Of a stretch of DNA of 64,000 nt, positions 43,200 to 52,499 are shown one piece after another. Below the pieces are notes generated by a model that was not told where the DNA came from, made no database searches, and saw only the letters and a program-made list of their open reading frames with translations. The stretch lies in assembly GCA_904373265.1 (NCBI GenBank), contig CAJFEE010000004.1, positions 33,229 to 97,228 on the forward strand. The letters are read 5' to 3'. Origin of the DNA: Candidatus Harrysmithiimonas galli (lineage in GTDB: Bacteria; Bacillota; Bacilli; CAJFEE01). The stretch's first letter is position 1, and each line of letters begins with the position of its first letter. Position numbers and translations under genes: made by a program.

Positions 43200-44096
43200 A
43201 TGAAAATAGATTTGGTTTGCTCCGGAGGGGGTATAAAAGGAATTGCGTTGTTGGGGGCCATCCATACTTTGGAGCAAAATGGATTTTCCTTTGTTAATAT
43301 TGCTGGTACCAGTGTCGGCGCTCTAATCGGTTCATTGATCTGTGCTGGTTATTCTGCAAAGGAGATTTTAAAATCTTTTCAAGATAATTTGCCACAACTT
43401 TCATTTTATCCCAATCGTACATCTTCCAATCAATTGTTCCGAATTTATCGATGGTTGAAATTGTACCGGAGCCTGGGATTATACTCATCAGATGGTATAG
43501 AAAAATTATTGGCACAGCTTTTAAAACAAAAAGGCATCTCCACTTTTTTGGATTTACCGCCGAATGCACTTCGAATTGTGGCTTCTGATTTGACACGAGA
43601 AGAAATTGTTGTTTTTCCCAAAGATTGTGAAATTTATAAGTTGGATATTTCACGATTTAAGATTTCAGATGCAGTACGAATGAGTGCAACACTTCCTTTT
43701 TATTTTCGTCCGAATTTTCTGATTCACCAAGAGAGCAAACAAAAATGCATGATTGTAGATGGGGGAATTTTAAGTAATTTTCCAATGTGGTTGTTTGCAC
43801 CAGAATTTGAAAAGAAAAAACGTCCTGTTATCGGTTTACAATTGCAATCTGAGTCAGTTTACAATTTTGACAGACAATCTTTGAATGCATTCAATTTGTT
43901 GAAGCAGCTCATACAAACTATGCAAACTGCACATGATAGAGTCTATATTCGAAAAAGTTATGCCAAAGATATTATTTTTATTTCAGTTGGGAAAGTACAA
44001 GCGACAGATTTTCAATTATCCAAAGAGCAGTTAAATGAGTTATTTGAGATTGGAGTGAAAAGTTGCGAGAAGTTTTTGTATAGCTGGTCATACTAA
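43200..44096 (+). CDS. Patatin-like phospholipase (YqhO-like)
   Basis: Oxyanion motif SGGGIKGIALLG, nucleophile GTSVGA (GxSxG), and catalytic Asp in VDGGILSN. Confidence 0.8.
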   Translation: MKIDLVCSGGGIKGIALLGAIHTLEQNGFSFVNIAGTSVGALIGSLICAGYSAKEILKSFQDNLPQLSFYPNRTSSNQLFRIYRWLKLYRSLGLYSSDGIEKLLAQLLKQKGISTFLDLPPNALRIVASDLTREEIVVFPKDCEIYKLDISRFKISDAVRMSATLPFYFRPNFLIHQESKQKCMIVDGGILSNFPMWLFAPEFEKKKRPVIGLQLQSESVYNFDRQSLNAFNLLKQLIQTMQTAHDRVYIRKSYAKDIIFISVGKVQATDFQLSKEQLNELFEIGVKSCEKFLYSWSY

Positions 44097-44192
44097 ATTT
44101 TGAGTTCAATTATTAGACACATATGTATGAATCCGTTATAATACGAAATTGTAAGAATAAAATTATCCAAAAATTATAGGGGGATTTTACAG

Positions 44193-44822
44193 ATGAAAAA
44201 ACATGAATTACCAGCATTGCCATATGCTTTTGATGCATTAGAACCACATATTGATGCGCTAACAATGGAGATTCATCATGATCGTCATCATGCAACATAT
44301 GTAAATAATTTGAACGCTGCTTTGGAAAATTATCCGCAGTTTGATGGGAAATGTGCAGGACAATTAATTGCTGATTTAGATGCTATTCCAGAAGAAATTC
44401 GTACAGCTGTTCGTAATAACGGAGGTGGACATGTCAATCATACCATGTTCTGGAAAATGATGAGCCCTAATGGTGGAGGGAATCCAACTGGACCGGTTGC
44501 CAAAGCAATTGATGAAACTTTCGGAAGTTTTGATGCATTTAAAGATGCATTTTCAAAAGCAGCAATTGGACGTTTTGGTTCTGGATGGGCATGGCTTGTT
44601 GTCGACTCATCTGGTAAGCTGCAAGTAACGAGCACAGCAAATCAAGATAATCCGATTATGGAAGGTTTGAAACCAATTTTAGGCTTAGATGTTTGGGAAC
44701 ATGCATATTATTTGAATTATCAAAATAAACGTCCAGCTTATGTAGAAGCATTTTTTAATGTGATCAATTGGGATGAAGTGAATCGTCGTTATGAAATTTC
44801 TTTAGGAAATTGCCAAGCATAA
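44193..44822 (+). CDS. sodA: Superoxide dismutase (Mn/Fe family)
   Basis: [16 protein letters not shown]..., HHDRHH, and [16 protein letters not shown]. Confidence 0.9.
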   Translation: MKKHELPALPYAFDALEPHIDALTMEIHHDRHHATYVNNLNAALENYPQFDGKCAGQLIADLDAIPEEIRTAVRNNGGGHVNHTMFWKMMSPNGGGNPTGPVAKAIDETFGSFDAFKDAFSKAAIGRFGSGWAWLVVDSSGKLQVTSTANQDNPIMEGLKPILGLDVWEHAYYLNYQNKRPAYVEAFFNVINWDEVNRRYEISLGNCQA

Positions 44823-44845
44823 TGAATTTGGCATAAATGAAACAT

Positions 44846-44887
44846 AAAAACTGTCTTTATCATTTTGGGGTAAAGGCAGTTTTTTTA
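44846..44887 (+). terminator. Rho-independent terminator of sodA
   Basis: Stem ctgtcttta / taaaggcag (one G-U pair), followed by T7. Confidence 0.75.
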
Positions 44888-45045
44888 TAAGAAATTATTT
44901 TTAACATAAGATAAATTTGTATAAACAAGTATTGCAAGAAGAGAAATCCCAAAAAGATTTCGATTTTCTCATAAAAATATATAATAGAGTAGGTGAATTT
45001 TATGTATAATAGAAAAAAATTCATTTTATTTAAGGGAGTATAGGA

Positions 45046-46317
45046 ATGAAAATTGAAACAAAAGTATTGCATAAAGGATATGAGCCTAGAAATGGGGAAC
45101 CAAGAACATTACCGATTTATCAAAGTACCACCTACCAGTATGATTCAGCAGAGGAAATAGGGCAACTGTTTGATTTAAGTACAGATGGATTTTTTTATTC
45201 AAGAATTCATAATCCAACCGTAGATGCAGTTGAAAAGAAGATTGCCTCTTTAGAAGGAGGCATAGGGGCACTATGTACGACATCGGGACAGGCGGCCTCA
45301 TTTTTGGCTTTAATGAATATTTTAAAAGCAGGGGATCATTTTATTTCATCATCCACCATTTATGGTGGGTCAGTGAATTTATTTGCAGTGACAATGAGGC
45401 GATTTGGCATTGATTGTACATTTGTGGATGCCGAAGCATCAGAGGTGGAAATTCAAAAGGCAATTCAACCAAATACAAAAGCGATTTTTGGCGAAACGAT
45501 TGCCAATCCAGCATTAACTATTTTAGATATCGAAAAATTTGCGTGTATTGCCAAGAAAAATAAGATTCCTTTAATTATTGATAATACGTTTGCCACACCT
45601 GTACTATGTCGTCCAATCGAATTTGGTGCCAATATTGTGATTCATTCAACCACAAAATATATGGATGGGCATGCGGTGCAGCTTGGTGGTGTAATTGTAG
45701 ATGGAGGAAATTTTAATTGGACAAACGGAAAATTTCCTGAATTCACAGAACCGGATGCTTCTTATCATGGCATTGTCTATACGGACACATTTAAAGAAGC
45801 TGCTTATATTGTAAAAGCACGTGTGCAACTAATGCGTGATTTGGGCTGTTACCCGACAGCACAAGATGCTTTTTTATTGAATTTAGGCTTGGAAACTCTA
45901 CCAATTCGAATGAAACAGCATTGTGAGAATGCACTAGCCATTGCAAGATTTCTTTCTGAATCAGATATGGTGGAATCTGTTAATTACCCAGGATTAGAAA
46001 ATAATCCATATCATACATTAATGAAGAAATATACACCAAATGGTTGCAGTGGTGTTGTCTCATTTATTATCAAAGGTGGTAGAGAAAATGCGATGCGCTT
46101 TATGAATGCACTAAAGTTGGCAGGCAATGTGGTACATGTTGCAGATATTCGTACTTGCATTTTACATCCGGCAAGCTCTACTCACCGGCAATTGACAGAT
46201 GAGCAGTTGAAGGGTGCCGGTATTTCCCCAGGATTGATTCGTTTTTCGGTTGGTTTGGAAAATCTTACGGATATTCTTGATGATCTGAAAAATGGATTAT
46301 CTGAGATTGAAAAATAA
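45046..46317 (+). CDS. O-acetylhomoserine/O-acetylserine sulfhydrylase (PLP-dependent Cys/Met metabolism enzyme)
   Basis: 423 aa. YSRIHNPT, and the PLP-Lys context HSTTKYMDGH. The overall trans-sulfuration family pattern fits. Confidence 0.85.
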   Translation: MKIETKVLHKGYEPRNGEPRTLPIYQSTTYQYDSAEEIGQLFDLSTDGFFYSRIHNPTVDAVEKKIASLEGGIGALCTTSGQAASFLALMNILKAGDHFISSSTIYGGSVNLFAVTMRRFGIDCTFVDAEASEVEIQKAIQPNTKAIFGETIANPALTILDIEKFACIAKKNKIPLIIDNTFATPVLCRPIEFGANIVIHSTTKYMDGHAVQLGGVIVDGGNFNWTNGKFPEFTEPDASYHGIVYTDTFKEAAYIVKARVQLMRDLGCYPTAQDAFLLNLGLETLPIRMKQHCENALAIARFLSESDMVESVNYPGLENNPYHTLMKKYTPNGCSGVVSFIIKGGRENAMRFMNALKLAGNVVHVADIRTCILHPASSTHRQLTDEQLKGAGISPGLIRFSVGLENLTDILDDLKNGLSEIEK

Positions 46318-46465
46318 AAATTTTTTGTTAAAATAGATTGATCCAATTGGAAAATATCATGGACTTTAAATCGAATATAAGAGGAATCAGAATTGTATTT
46401 TTCGGCATATACTTTAGAAATACTATACATTTAGAACGAAAACATATAAAATATGTATAAGGTAT

Positions 46466-46865
46466 TGTCTGGAAGGTAGGTGTAAAAATGGAGTATAAAT
46501 ATTTTATTATGGAGATTTTAAATGATTTGTACTTGATTCGTGAAGATATAAAAAATGGTCCGGGATATGAAGCGATTGCTGCGTTGATCAACAAAATCGA
46601 ATCCAGATCGGTGCATGCGATAGAACCATCTAAGGATTCTTCCAAGTGAATACACATAAAGATATTGTTTGGAAGGTGGGTGTAAAAATGGAGTATAAAT
46701 ACTTTATTATGGAGATTTTGGATAATTTGTATTTGATTCGTGAAGACGTAAAAGAGGGTCCAGGGCATGAGGCAATTAGTGCATTGATTAACAAAATTGA
46801 ATCCAGATCGATGCGTACAATTGAACAATCGAAAAAATTTGAACAACCTAAGACTTCTTCTGTGA
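46466..46865 (+). repeat. Tandem duplication (about 200-bp period) carrying two paralogous small genes
   Basis: ttgtctggaaggtaggtgtaaaaATGgagtataaata... at 46466 recurs as ttgtttggaaggtgggtgtaaaaATGgagtataaata... at 46666. Similarity runs through roughly the first 40 codons. Confidence 0.85.
46488..46649 (+). CDS. Small protein paralog 1 (53 aa, unknown function)
   Basis: Hand translated: MEYKYFIMEILNDLYLIREDIKNGPGYEAIAALINKIESRSVHAIEPSKDSSK. RBS AGGTG 5 nt upstream. Many differences from paralog 2 are synonymous. Confidence 0.55.
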   Translation: MEYKYFIMEILNDLYLIREDIKNGPGYEAIAALINKIESRSVHAIEPSKDSSK

Positions 46866-46942
46866 ATTCTTCCTTTCAAGGAAAATTGCAAATATCAAAA
46901 TCGGAATATAATGATGTTTATATTTACCAGTTTAAAAAATAG
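46688..46942 (+). CDS. Small protein paralog 2 (84 aa, unknown function)
   Basis: MEYKYFIMEILDNLYLIREDVKEGPGHEAISALINKIESRSMRTIEQSKK.... Same RBS context. The ORF-track start at 46646 was replaced by the homologous ATG 46688. Confidence 0.6.
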   Translation: MEYKYFIMEILDNLYLIREDVKEGPGHEAISALINKIESRSMRTIEQSKKFEQPKTSSVNSSFQGKLQISKSEYNDVYIYQFKK

Positions 46943-47653
46943 TAAAAAGTATAAAAAAATGTTTTTTATTATGAAAGCACTATTGTGAGAGGATATTTGT
47001 TTAAATTCATATGTAAAATTCAGACTGAAAACGAACGTTTAAAGAAAATTGAAATTGTCTTCAGTCTTTTTGTATTGACAATATGTCAAACATTTAATTT
47101 TGGCTCCAGAGCTATGTTTTTTTGCTCGCTTTTTTTCAAACTATGTTCAGATCAGATACTTTGATGTATGTTACGTACAGGGATTTTCTACGTTTTTTCA
47201 TTGAATGGATTCATGTTAGAGCTGAAAAAGGACTTATCTAGCGATTTTGATAGTTTTATCGCTATTAGCTGCAAATATTTGGGAATAATGGAATGAACGT
47301 CTATAATTGTCAATGAATTTTTGAAGAAAATTGTTGTTTACGTACCAGAAAAAGTGAACGGGAAGTGTTTTTTGAAAGTAGATATTGTATTTAACTTCCC
47401 GATTGATTCGAAGATGAAACAAAAAAGAAGTTCATAGATAAGAAAAGACGGCATAGTCCTTGTAATGGAGCTATGCTGTTTAATCGGAAAATACCTCCTT
47501 ATGACTGACTAAAAACCAAAATGTTTGAGGCGTTTTATAATATTTGATGATCTGATTCATTGTATCTGTTTTAATTTGTAGAATATTGATTTGTATCTTT
47601 TTGTTTTCTTGCATTTTGTGAAAAAAAAAAGTATCATTGTTCTGTGGATACAA

Positions 47654-47764
47654 TTTTATACTAGGGGTGCTAAATCCATAAATTTGGCTGAGAGTGAATA
47701 GATCGGTATTCTAAACCCTTAACCTGATCCAGATAATGCTGGCGTAGGAAAGTTTGTAATAAAA
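47654..47764 (+). promoter_or_regulatory. TPP (THI-box) riboswitch
   Basis: ctaggggtgc...ggctgagag...acccttaacctgatccagataatgctggcgtaggaaag matches the conserved THI-element cores (GGGGTGC, CUGAGA, ACCUGAUC-GGAUAAUGCC-GCG, AGGGAA-like). Confidence 0.85.
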
Positions 47765-47784
47765 ATATATTTTTACTATGGACG

Positions 47785-47815
47785 AAATACGTAGCATGGC
47801 TACGTATTTTTTTTA
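47785..47815 (+). terminator. Riboswitch expression-platform terminator
   Basis: Hairpin aaatacgtagc-atg-gctacgtattt followed by a T run, located between the THI-box and the first gene. Confidence 0.7.
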
Positions 47816-47893
47816 TGTGAAAAATGAGGTATAAGGCAATTTTTATTTTGAACAAACAGTCAGCAAAAAAATAAATGATAGGAGATGTTCAGA

Positions 47894-48196
47894 ATGGAAC
47901 AGTTGAATGCAAGTTTAGCTATTCAAGTTTTACCAAAAGTAGAAGATGAGAGGGTTATATGTATTGTTGATGAAGTGATTGCATATTTAAAATCTACCAA
48001 TCTTTCTGTTTTTGTTGGTCCTTTTGAAACAACAATTGAAGGTGATTTGGATCAAATTATGGATATTGCAAAGGAATGTCAAAAGATTTGTATTCGTGCT
48101 GGTGCACCAAGTGTGATGACTTACATGAAGGTCGCCTATAATCCAAATTCGGGGGTATGGTCGATTGATAAGAAGGTTACAAAGCATCATTCATAA
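47894..48196 (+). CDS. YkoF/MTH1187-family thiamine(-precursor)-binding protein
   Basis: Start at ATG 47894 (GGAG 9 nt upstream). LAIQVLPKVEDE...VGPFETTIEGDLDQIMD, typical of the DUF77/YkoF fold. Confidence 0.7.
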   Translation: MEQLNASLAIQVLPKVEDERVICIVDEVIAYLKSTNLSVFVGPFETTIEGDLDQIMDIAKECQKICIRAGAPSVMTYMKVAYNPNSGVWSIDKKVTKHHS

Positions 48197-48944
48197 AAGC
48201 TATGCCGGATTGATTTTACTTTTTTTGCTTTTGGTATGGCAGCTTGTTAGTGTAATGGAATGGGTTCCGGCTTTTATGCTTCCTTCTCCAATCCAAGTGA
48301 TTCAAGCTTTTATTCGTGAGTTTGATAGTTTAATGGGGCATTTGAAAATTTCTTTAGGTGAAGCGTTTATTGGACTTGGATTTGGTATTTTCGGTGCATT
48401 TTTTCTGGCCATGTTGATGGATCGTTTTCAAATGGTATATCGTGCTTTATATCCACTATTAATCATTTCTCAAACCATTCCAGTTATTGCAATTGCACCA
48501 TTATTGGTTTTATGGATGGGGTATGGCATGGCACCGAAAATTATGGTAATTTTTTTGGTTTGTTTTTTTCCGATTACAATTGGTTTGTTAGATGGATTTA
48601 AAAGCAGTGATCCTGATGCTATCCGATTGCTTACGTCTATGGGTGCACGCCCAGCACAGATTTTTCGTCATATTAAATTGCCAAGTGCAATGCCTCATTT
48701 TCTGGCCGGGTTAAAGATTTCCGTCAGCTATGCAGTGATTGGAGCAGTTGTTGCCGAGTGGCTTGGAGGGAACCAAGGTTTGGGGGTTTATATGACGCGT
48801 GTAAGAAAGTCCTATGCTTTTGATGAAATGTTTGCTGTTATTTTTTTGGTCAGTATAATTAGTTTAATTTTAATGAAATGTGTGAGCTTGCTTGAAAAAA
48901 AATTACTACCTTATCAAAAAAGTGAAGGAGGAGAAAGTAAATGA
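48165..48944 (+). CDS. thiX: ABC transporter permease (NitT/TauT family, ThiX-like); start uncertain
   Basis: 6-TM permease with an EAA-like loop DAIRLLTSMGARPAQIFRHIKLP, in a THI-box operon. The TTG start overlaps the upstream gene by 32 nt. Confidence 0.8.
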   Translation: MIRRLQSIIHKSYAGLILLFLLLVWQLVSVMEWVPAFMLPSPIQVIQAFIREFDSLMGHLKISLGEAFIGLGFGIFGAFFLAMLMDRFQMVYRALYPLLIISQTIPVIAIAPLLVLWMGYGMAPKIMVIFLVCFFPITIGLLDGFKSSDPDAIRLLTSMGARPAQIFRHIKLPSAMPHFLAGLKISVSYAVIGAVVAEWLGGNQGLGVYMTRVRKSYAFDEMFAVIFLVSIISLILMKCVSLLEKKLLPYQKSEGGESK

Positions 48945-49960
48945 AAAAAATAGGCTTATTGATATGGATTGTTGCGTTGACTATTTTGCTGATTGGTTGT
49001 ACACAAGCAAAAAACGAAGAAGAGAATATGGAGGGAAGTCAGTCAATTGAGAAGGAAAAGGTGACGGTGGTTTTGGATTGGACACCAAATACGAATCATA
49101 CCGGGATGTATGTTGCACTTGAGAAAGGGTATTATGAGGACTCTGGTTTAGATGTAGAAATTATTCAACCACCAGAGGGTGGTGCGTTGTCCCTAGTTGC
49201 TGCCAATAAGGCGCAGTTTGCGGTGACATTTCAAGAGGAAATCGGACCAGCATTGGCAGCAGAAAATGCATTACCAGTTACAGCAATTGCAACCATTATT
49301 GATCATAATTTATCCGGAATTATTTCATTAAAAGAAAAAGGAATTGATTCACCGAAAAAATTAGAAGGAGCTAATTATGCTTCCTGGGATACACCATTTG
49401 AGAAAGGAATTTTAAAAAGTATTGTTGAACAAGATGGTGGAGATTTTCATAAAGTGAATCTGATTCCCAATACGGTGACAGATGTGATTTCTGCGTTGCA
49501 AACCAATATAGATGCCGTATGGGTTTATTATGGTTGGGACGGAATTGCGACGGAGTTGGCTGGATTAGAAACGAATTATATTTCAATTCGAGATGTCAAT
49601 CCGACTTTTGATTTTTATACGCCGATTTTGGCCAGCGGTAATGATTATTTACAAGAAAATGCAGATCAGGTAAGGAAATTTTTGGCAGCTACTGCGAAAG
49701 GATATGAATTTGCAATTGAAAATCCGGATGAAGCTGCAGAAATCTTAGTAAATTATGCACCAGAAGTAGATTTGGCATTGGCAAAAGCGAGTCAGGCATT
49801 TTTGGCAAATGAATATCGGGCAGAAAAGGAACAGTGGGGTGTGATTGATAAAACACGTTGGACAAATTTTTATCAATGGATGTATGCACATGATTTGCTT
49901 GCAAAAGATTTAGGTAGTCAAGGTTTTACAAATGAATTTTTGCCACAACAGGAAGGATAA
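48941..49960 (+). CDS. thiY: ABC transporter substrate-binding lipoprotein (NMT1/THI5-like, ThiY-like)
   Basis: Lipobox LLIGC. The NMT1/THI5-like VVLDWTPNTNHTGMYVALEKGYY. Confidence 0.8.
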   Translation: MKKIGLLIWIVALTILLIGCTQAKNEEENMEGSQSIEKEKVTVVLDWTPNTNHTGMYVALEKGYYEDSGLDVEIIQPPEGGALSLVAANKAQFAVTFQEEIGPALAAENALPVTAIATIIDHNLSGIISLKEKGIDSPKKLEGANYASWDTPFEKGILKSIVEQDGGDFHKVNLIPNTVTDVISALQTNIDAVWVYYGWDGIATELAGLETNYISIRDVNPTFDFYTPILASGNDYLQENADQVRKFLAATAKGYEFAIENPDEAAEILVNYAPEVDLALAKASQAFLANEYRAEKEQWGVIDKTRWTNFYQWMYAHDLLAKDLGSQGFTNEFLPQQEG

Positions 49961-49962
49961 CC

Positions 49963-50718
49963 ATGTGCTATTTTTATGCAAAGTATATTTCAAAAAGCTA
50001 TGGTGATAAACTGATCATCAAAGATATTTCCTTAGAAGCGAGACAAGGTGAACGTGTGGCTTTGCTTGGCGCAAGTGGTATTGGAAAAACCATTCTTTTC
50101 CATATTTTATCTGGATTAGAATCTCCAGATAAAGGAGATGTATTTCTTGATGGTCAAAAAATTACAGGAAAAACGGGTTATTTTGGTTATATGCAGCAAA
50201 AGGATTTGATGCTACCGTATAAAAAAATGATAGACAATTTGGCGCTTCCTTTAATTTTGAAAAAAATACCAAAAAAGCAGGCATATTCAGAAGTAAAGAA
50301 GTTTCTTTTGTTGTTTGGTCTAGAGGGAACAGAACAAAAATACCCACATCAATTATCAGGTGGAATGAGACAGCGTGCTGCTTTTTTACGCAGCTATTTG
50401 TTTTGCCAGGAGCATATGTTGTTAGACGAACCGTTCAGTGCTTTAGATGCAATGACAAAACGACAAATGCATGAATGGTATAGGAAAATTTCTAAACAGA
50501 TGAATACCACAAGTATTTTTATTACACATGATATTGATGAAGCAATTTTATTGGCAGATACAGTCTATATTATGTCAGGGCGTCCTGGAGAAATTACAGC
50601 AAAATTCGATTTGTGTGCATGCAAAGAGGAGCGAAGTGTGCTATCTGTTGATGCATTTACGATTTCTGATGCTTTTATTGCTTATAAGAAAGAAATTTTA
50701 CAAGCAATTTCATTTTGA
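49963..50718 (+). CDS. thiZ: ABC transporter ATP-binding protein (ThiZ-like)
   Basis: Walker A GASGIGKT, signature LSGGMRQR, Walker B LLDEPFSALD. Confidence 0.85.
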   Translation: MCYFYAKYISKSYGDKLIIKDISLEARQGERVALLGASGIGKTILFHILSGLESPDKGDVFLDGQKITGKTGYFGYMQQKDLMLPYKKMIDNLALPLILKKIPKKQAYSEVKKFLLLFGLEGTEQKYPHQLSGGMRQRAAFLRSYLFCQEHMLLDEPFSALDAMTKRQMHEWYRKISKQMNTTSIFITHDIDEAILLADTVYIMSGRPGEITAKFDLCACKEERSVLSVDAFTISDAFIAYKKEILQAISF

Positions 50719-51138
50719 CTTTGTATTTAGGAAATCAATTACAAGAGAATTAAGGAAAATGATTCTGGATCATATCAGATGTCGATAGACTCGTATTTTT
50801 GATTTGGAATCATTCTTTCATGAGCAATAGAAAATCAGGAGATATAGGTGAAATGAAGGTATTTTGCTTAAAAAATCTATTTTTTTTTGAAATTAATATA
50901 TCAACATGATAGCTGGTGAAGAGGCAAACTAGGCTGATATTTTGGCCTCGGATTATGCTTTGTTTAAAAAAGTGAGACAAAGATAAGGAAGCTATTTCGT
51001 TAATTTTTTCCTGCATTCTTTGTATTTTTGGGAGAATTATTTTTTAACTTGTATATGAGATATGACCTGGCTTTATTTTTTCTTATATTTTTCTTGATTT
51101 TTTTATGTTTTATTTTTATACTAACTAAGACAAGTTTT

Positions 51139-51211
51139 GATTCCTTAGCTCAGTTGGGAGAGCGCTACCTTGACAGGGTAGAGGTCGCTGGTTCGAACCC
51201 AGTAGGAATCA
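51139..51211 (+). tRNA. tRNA-Val (anticodon GAC), CCA not encoded
   Basis: Manual fold: acceptor gattcct/aggaatc, D-arm gctc-agttggga-gagc, anticodon stem ctacc/ggtag with loop ttGACag, T-arm gctgg-ttcgaac-ccagt, discriminator a. Confidence 0.9.
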
Positions 51212-51219
51212 TTTTATAT

Positions 51220-51243
51220 TCCCTTGGATTTCAAGGGATTTTC
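51220..51243 (+). terminator. Terminator hairpin after tRNA-Val
   Basis: tcccttg-gattt-caaggga followed by TTTT. Confidence 0.6.
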
Positions 51244-52499
51244 TTAGTTTTATGGCTTTTTTATTGGGTTATAAAATTTCCAGGCTTTTGGTTTAAAACC
51301 AGTGTTTTCAATGTATTTGTATTTTTGTTTTAGGATATAAAACTTTTGAGGTATATGTTGTCTTTGTGAATGGTTACAGATCATAAGAATTTGAATTTTT
51401 TATAAAGGTGAGTGAATACAAAGATTTTTGGCAAAGTTGCATATGATGAGGATAGAGAAGATGGATAACAGTTTGACATACTTGCTTTTATCTCAAATGA
51501 AAACAAACAAATTGAAATCATATTATTTAGAAGAATTCTTGATTTAAAAAGGCAGAGTCATCCATTTTAGACTTTGCCTTTTTAAGTTGAGTTGTGTCTT
51601 GGATGTTTGTCCGCCATATAAACCGTTTAAAATAACATAATCTTAAAAAATTTATTTTAGATGGGCTCAAATCAGATGCCTATTTTGGAACTGAAAACCA
51701 CAGAAGTATTTTACATTTTGTATAGAATATAAAATACTTATAGAGAAGACAATACATATTATGAGATTTGGTAAGTTCTTAGTTATTCCAAGTTTAGTGA
51801 TTGCTTTAATTGTAGTTTTTGTGATTCCTAGTGAAACTTTAGCCGTAGAAAATAATGTAGTAGAAACTGATTTACAAGTAAAACAGTTATCTGAACAAAG
51901 AAATACAGCAATTGGCTTTAGAATTGAATGCGTTATATGTTAATGAGAGTTTAGGAACAGGTGAAAATTGTGATAGAAGTTAAAGGGGTAAAATTAAAAG
52001 CAGCATTTAAAGTAGCAGATTGGATTTTCCTATGGGTTTTGTAGATATTCCAAATTCAACCCAAGAAATACGGGGAATTATTTATGATATTTTTGCAACT
52101 TACAATATAATATTACTTAATAGAAAACATGAACCTGTATTAAACAAAATAAGAGAAGAATATAAGTATCTAAAATTACCTGATGTGGATGATGAAGAAA
52201 TAAAAATAAAGTTATCATTTTTATTTGAAAACGAATGGGGGTATTTTGTTGGAAGAAGTTATGGAAGGGTGTAAAAATGATGGTATATTCTCGGAAATTA
52301 TTAATTATTCAGAAAAAATAAAAGGTAAGTATCAATGGGAAGTGGAGAAAAAAGATGGTCCTTGTAAAAATGACATTGAAAAACTTACGCTTTGAATGGT
52401 GTAATGATTCTTAATAATGAAAACAAAGCATTTTTTGTTCGATTTTGAATGGAAAATGTCTTGTTTTTTTGTCTATTCCTCGCCATTTTTTTATGTATT

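Noticed and set aside
44890-45045. Looked for an S-box (SAM) riboswitch or T-box leader upstream of the O-acetylhomoserine sulfhydrylase gene
   Set aside because: The 150-nt leader is almost pure A/T. It has none of the conserved GC-rich S-box or T-box cores and no terminator/antiterminator pair.
46328-46891. 187-aa minus-strand ORF spanning the tandem small-gene region
   Set aside because: It is antisense to two +-strand ORFs that have RBSs and a synonymous-substitution pattern. Its translation is low-complexity and internally repeated only because it mirrors the duplication, and it has no RBS.
47480-47614. 44-aa minus-strand ORF (MQENKKIQINILQIK...) followed by a hairpin (47447-47476)
   Set aside because: There is no Shine-Dalgarno sequence upstream (a poly-T/A run instead) and no recognisable family. 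The hairpin has only a weak T-tail, so this is insufficient to call a gene.
50810-51016. 68-aa minus-strand ORF between thiZ and tRNA-Val
   Set aside because: It has no RBS, no motif and an AT-driven composition. It was kept only as a note.
51028-51333. 101-aa +-strand ORF
   Set aside because: It reads straight through the tRNA-Val gene (51139-51211) and its terminator. The sequence is Phe/Leu/Ile-rich AT-driven, so it is an artefact.
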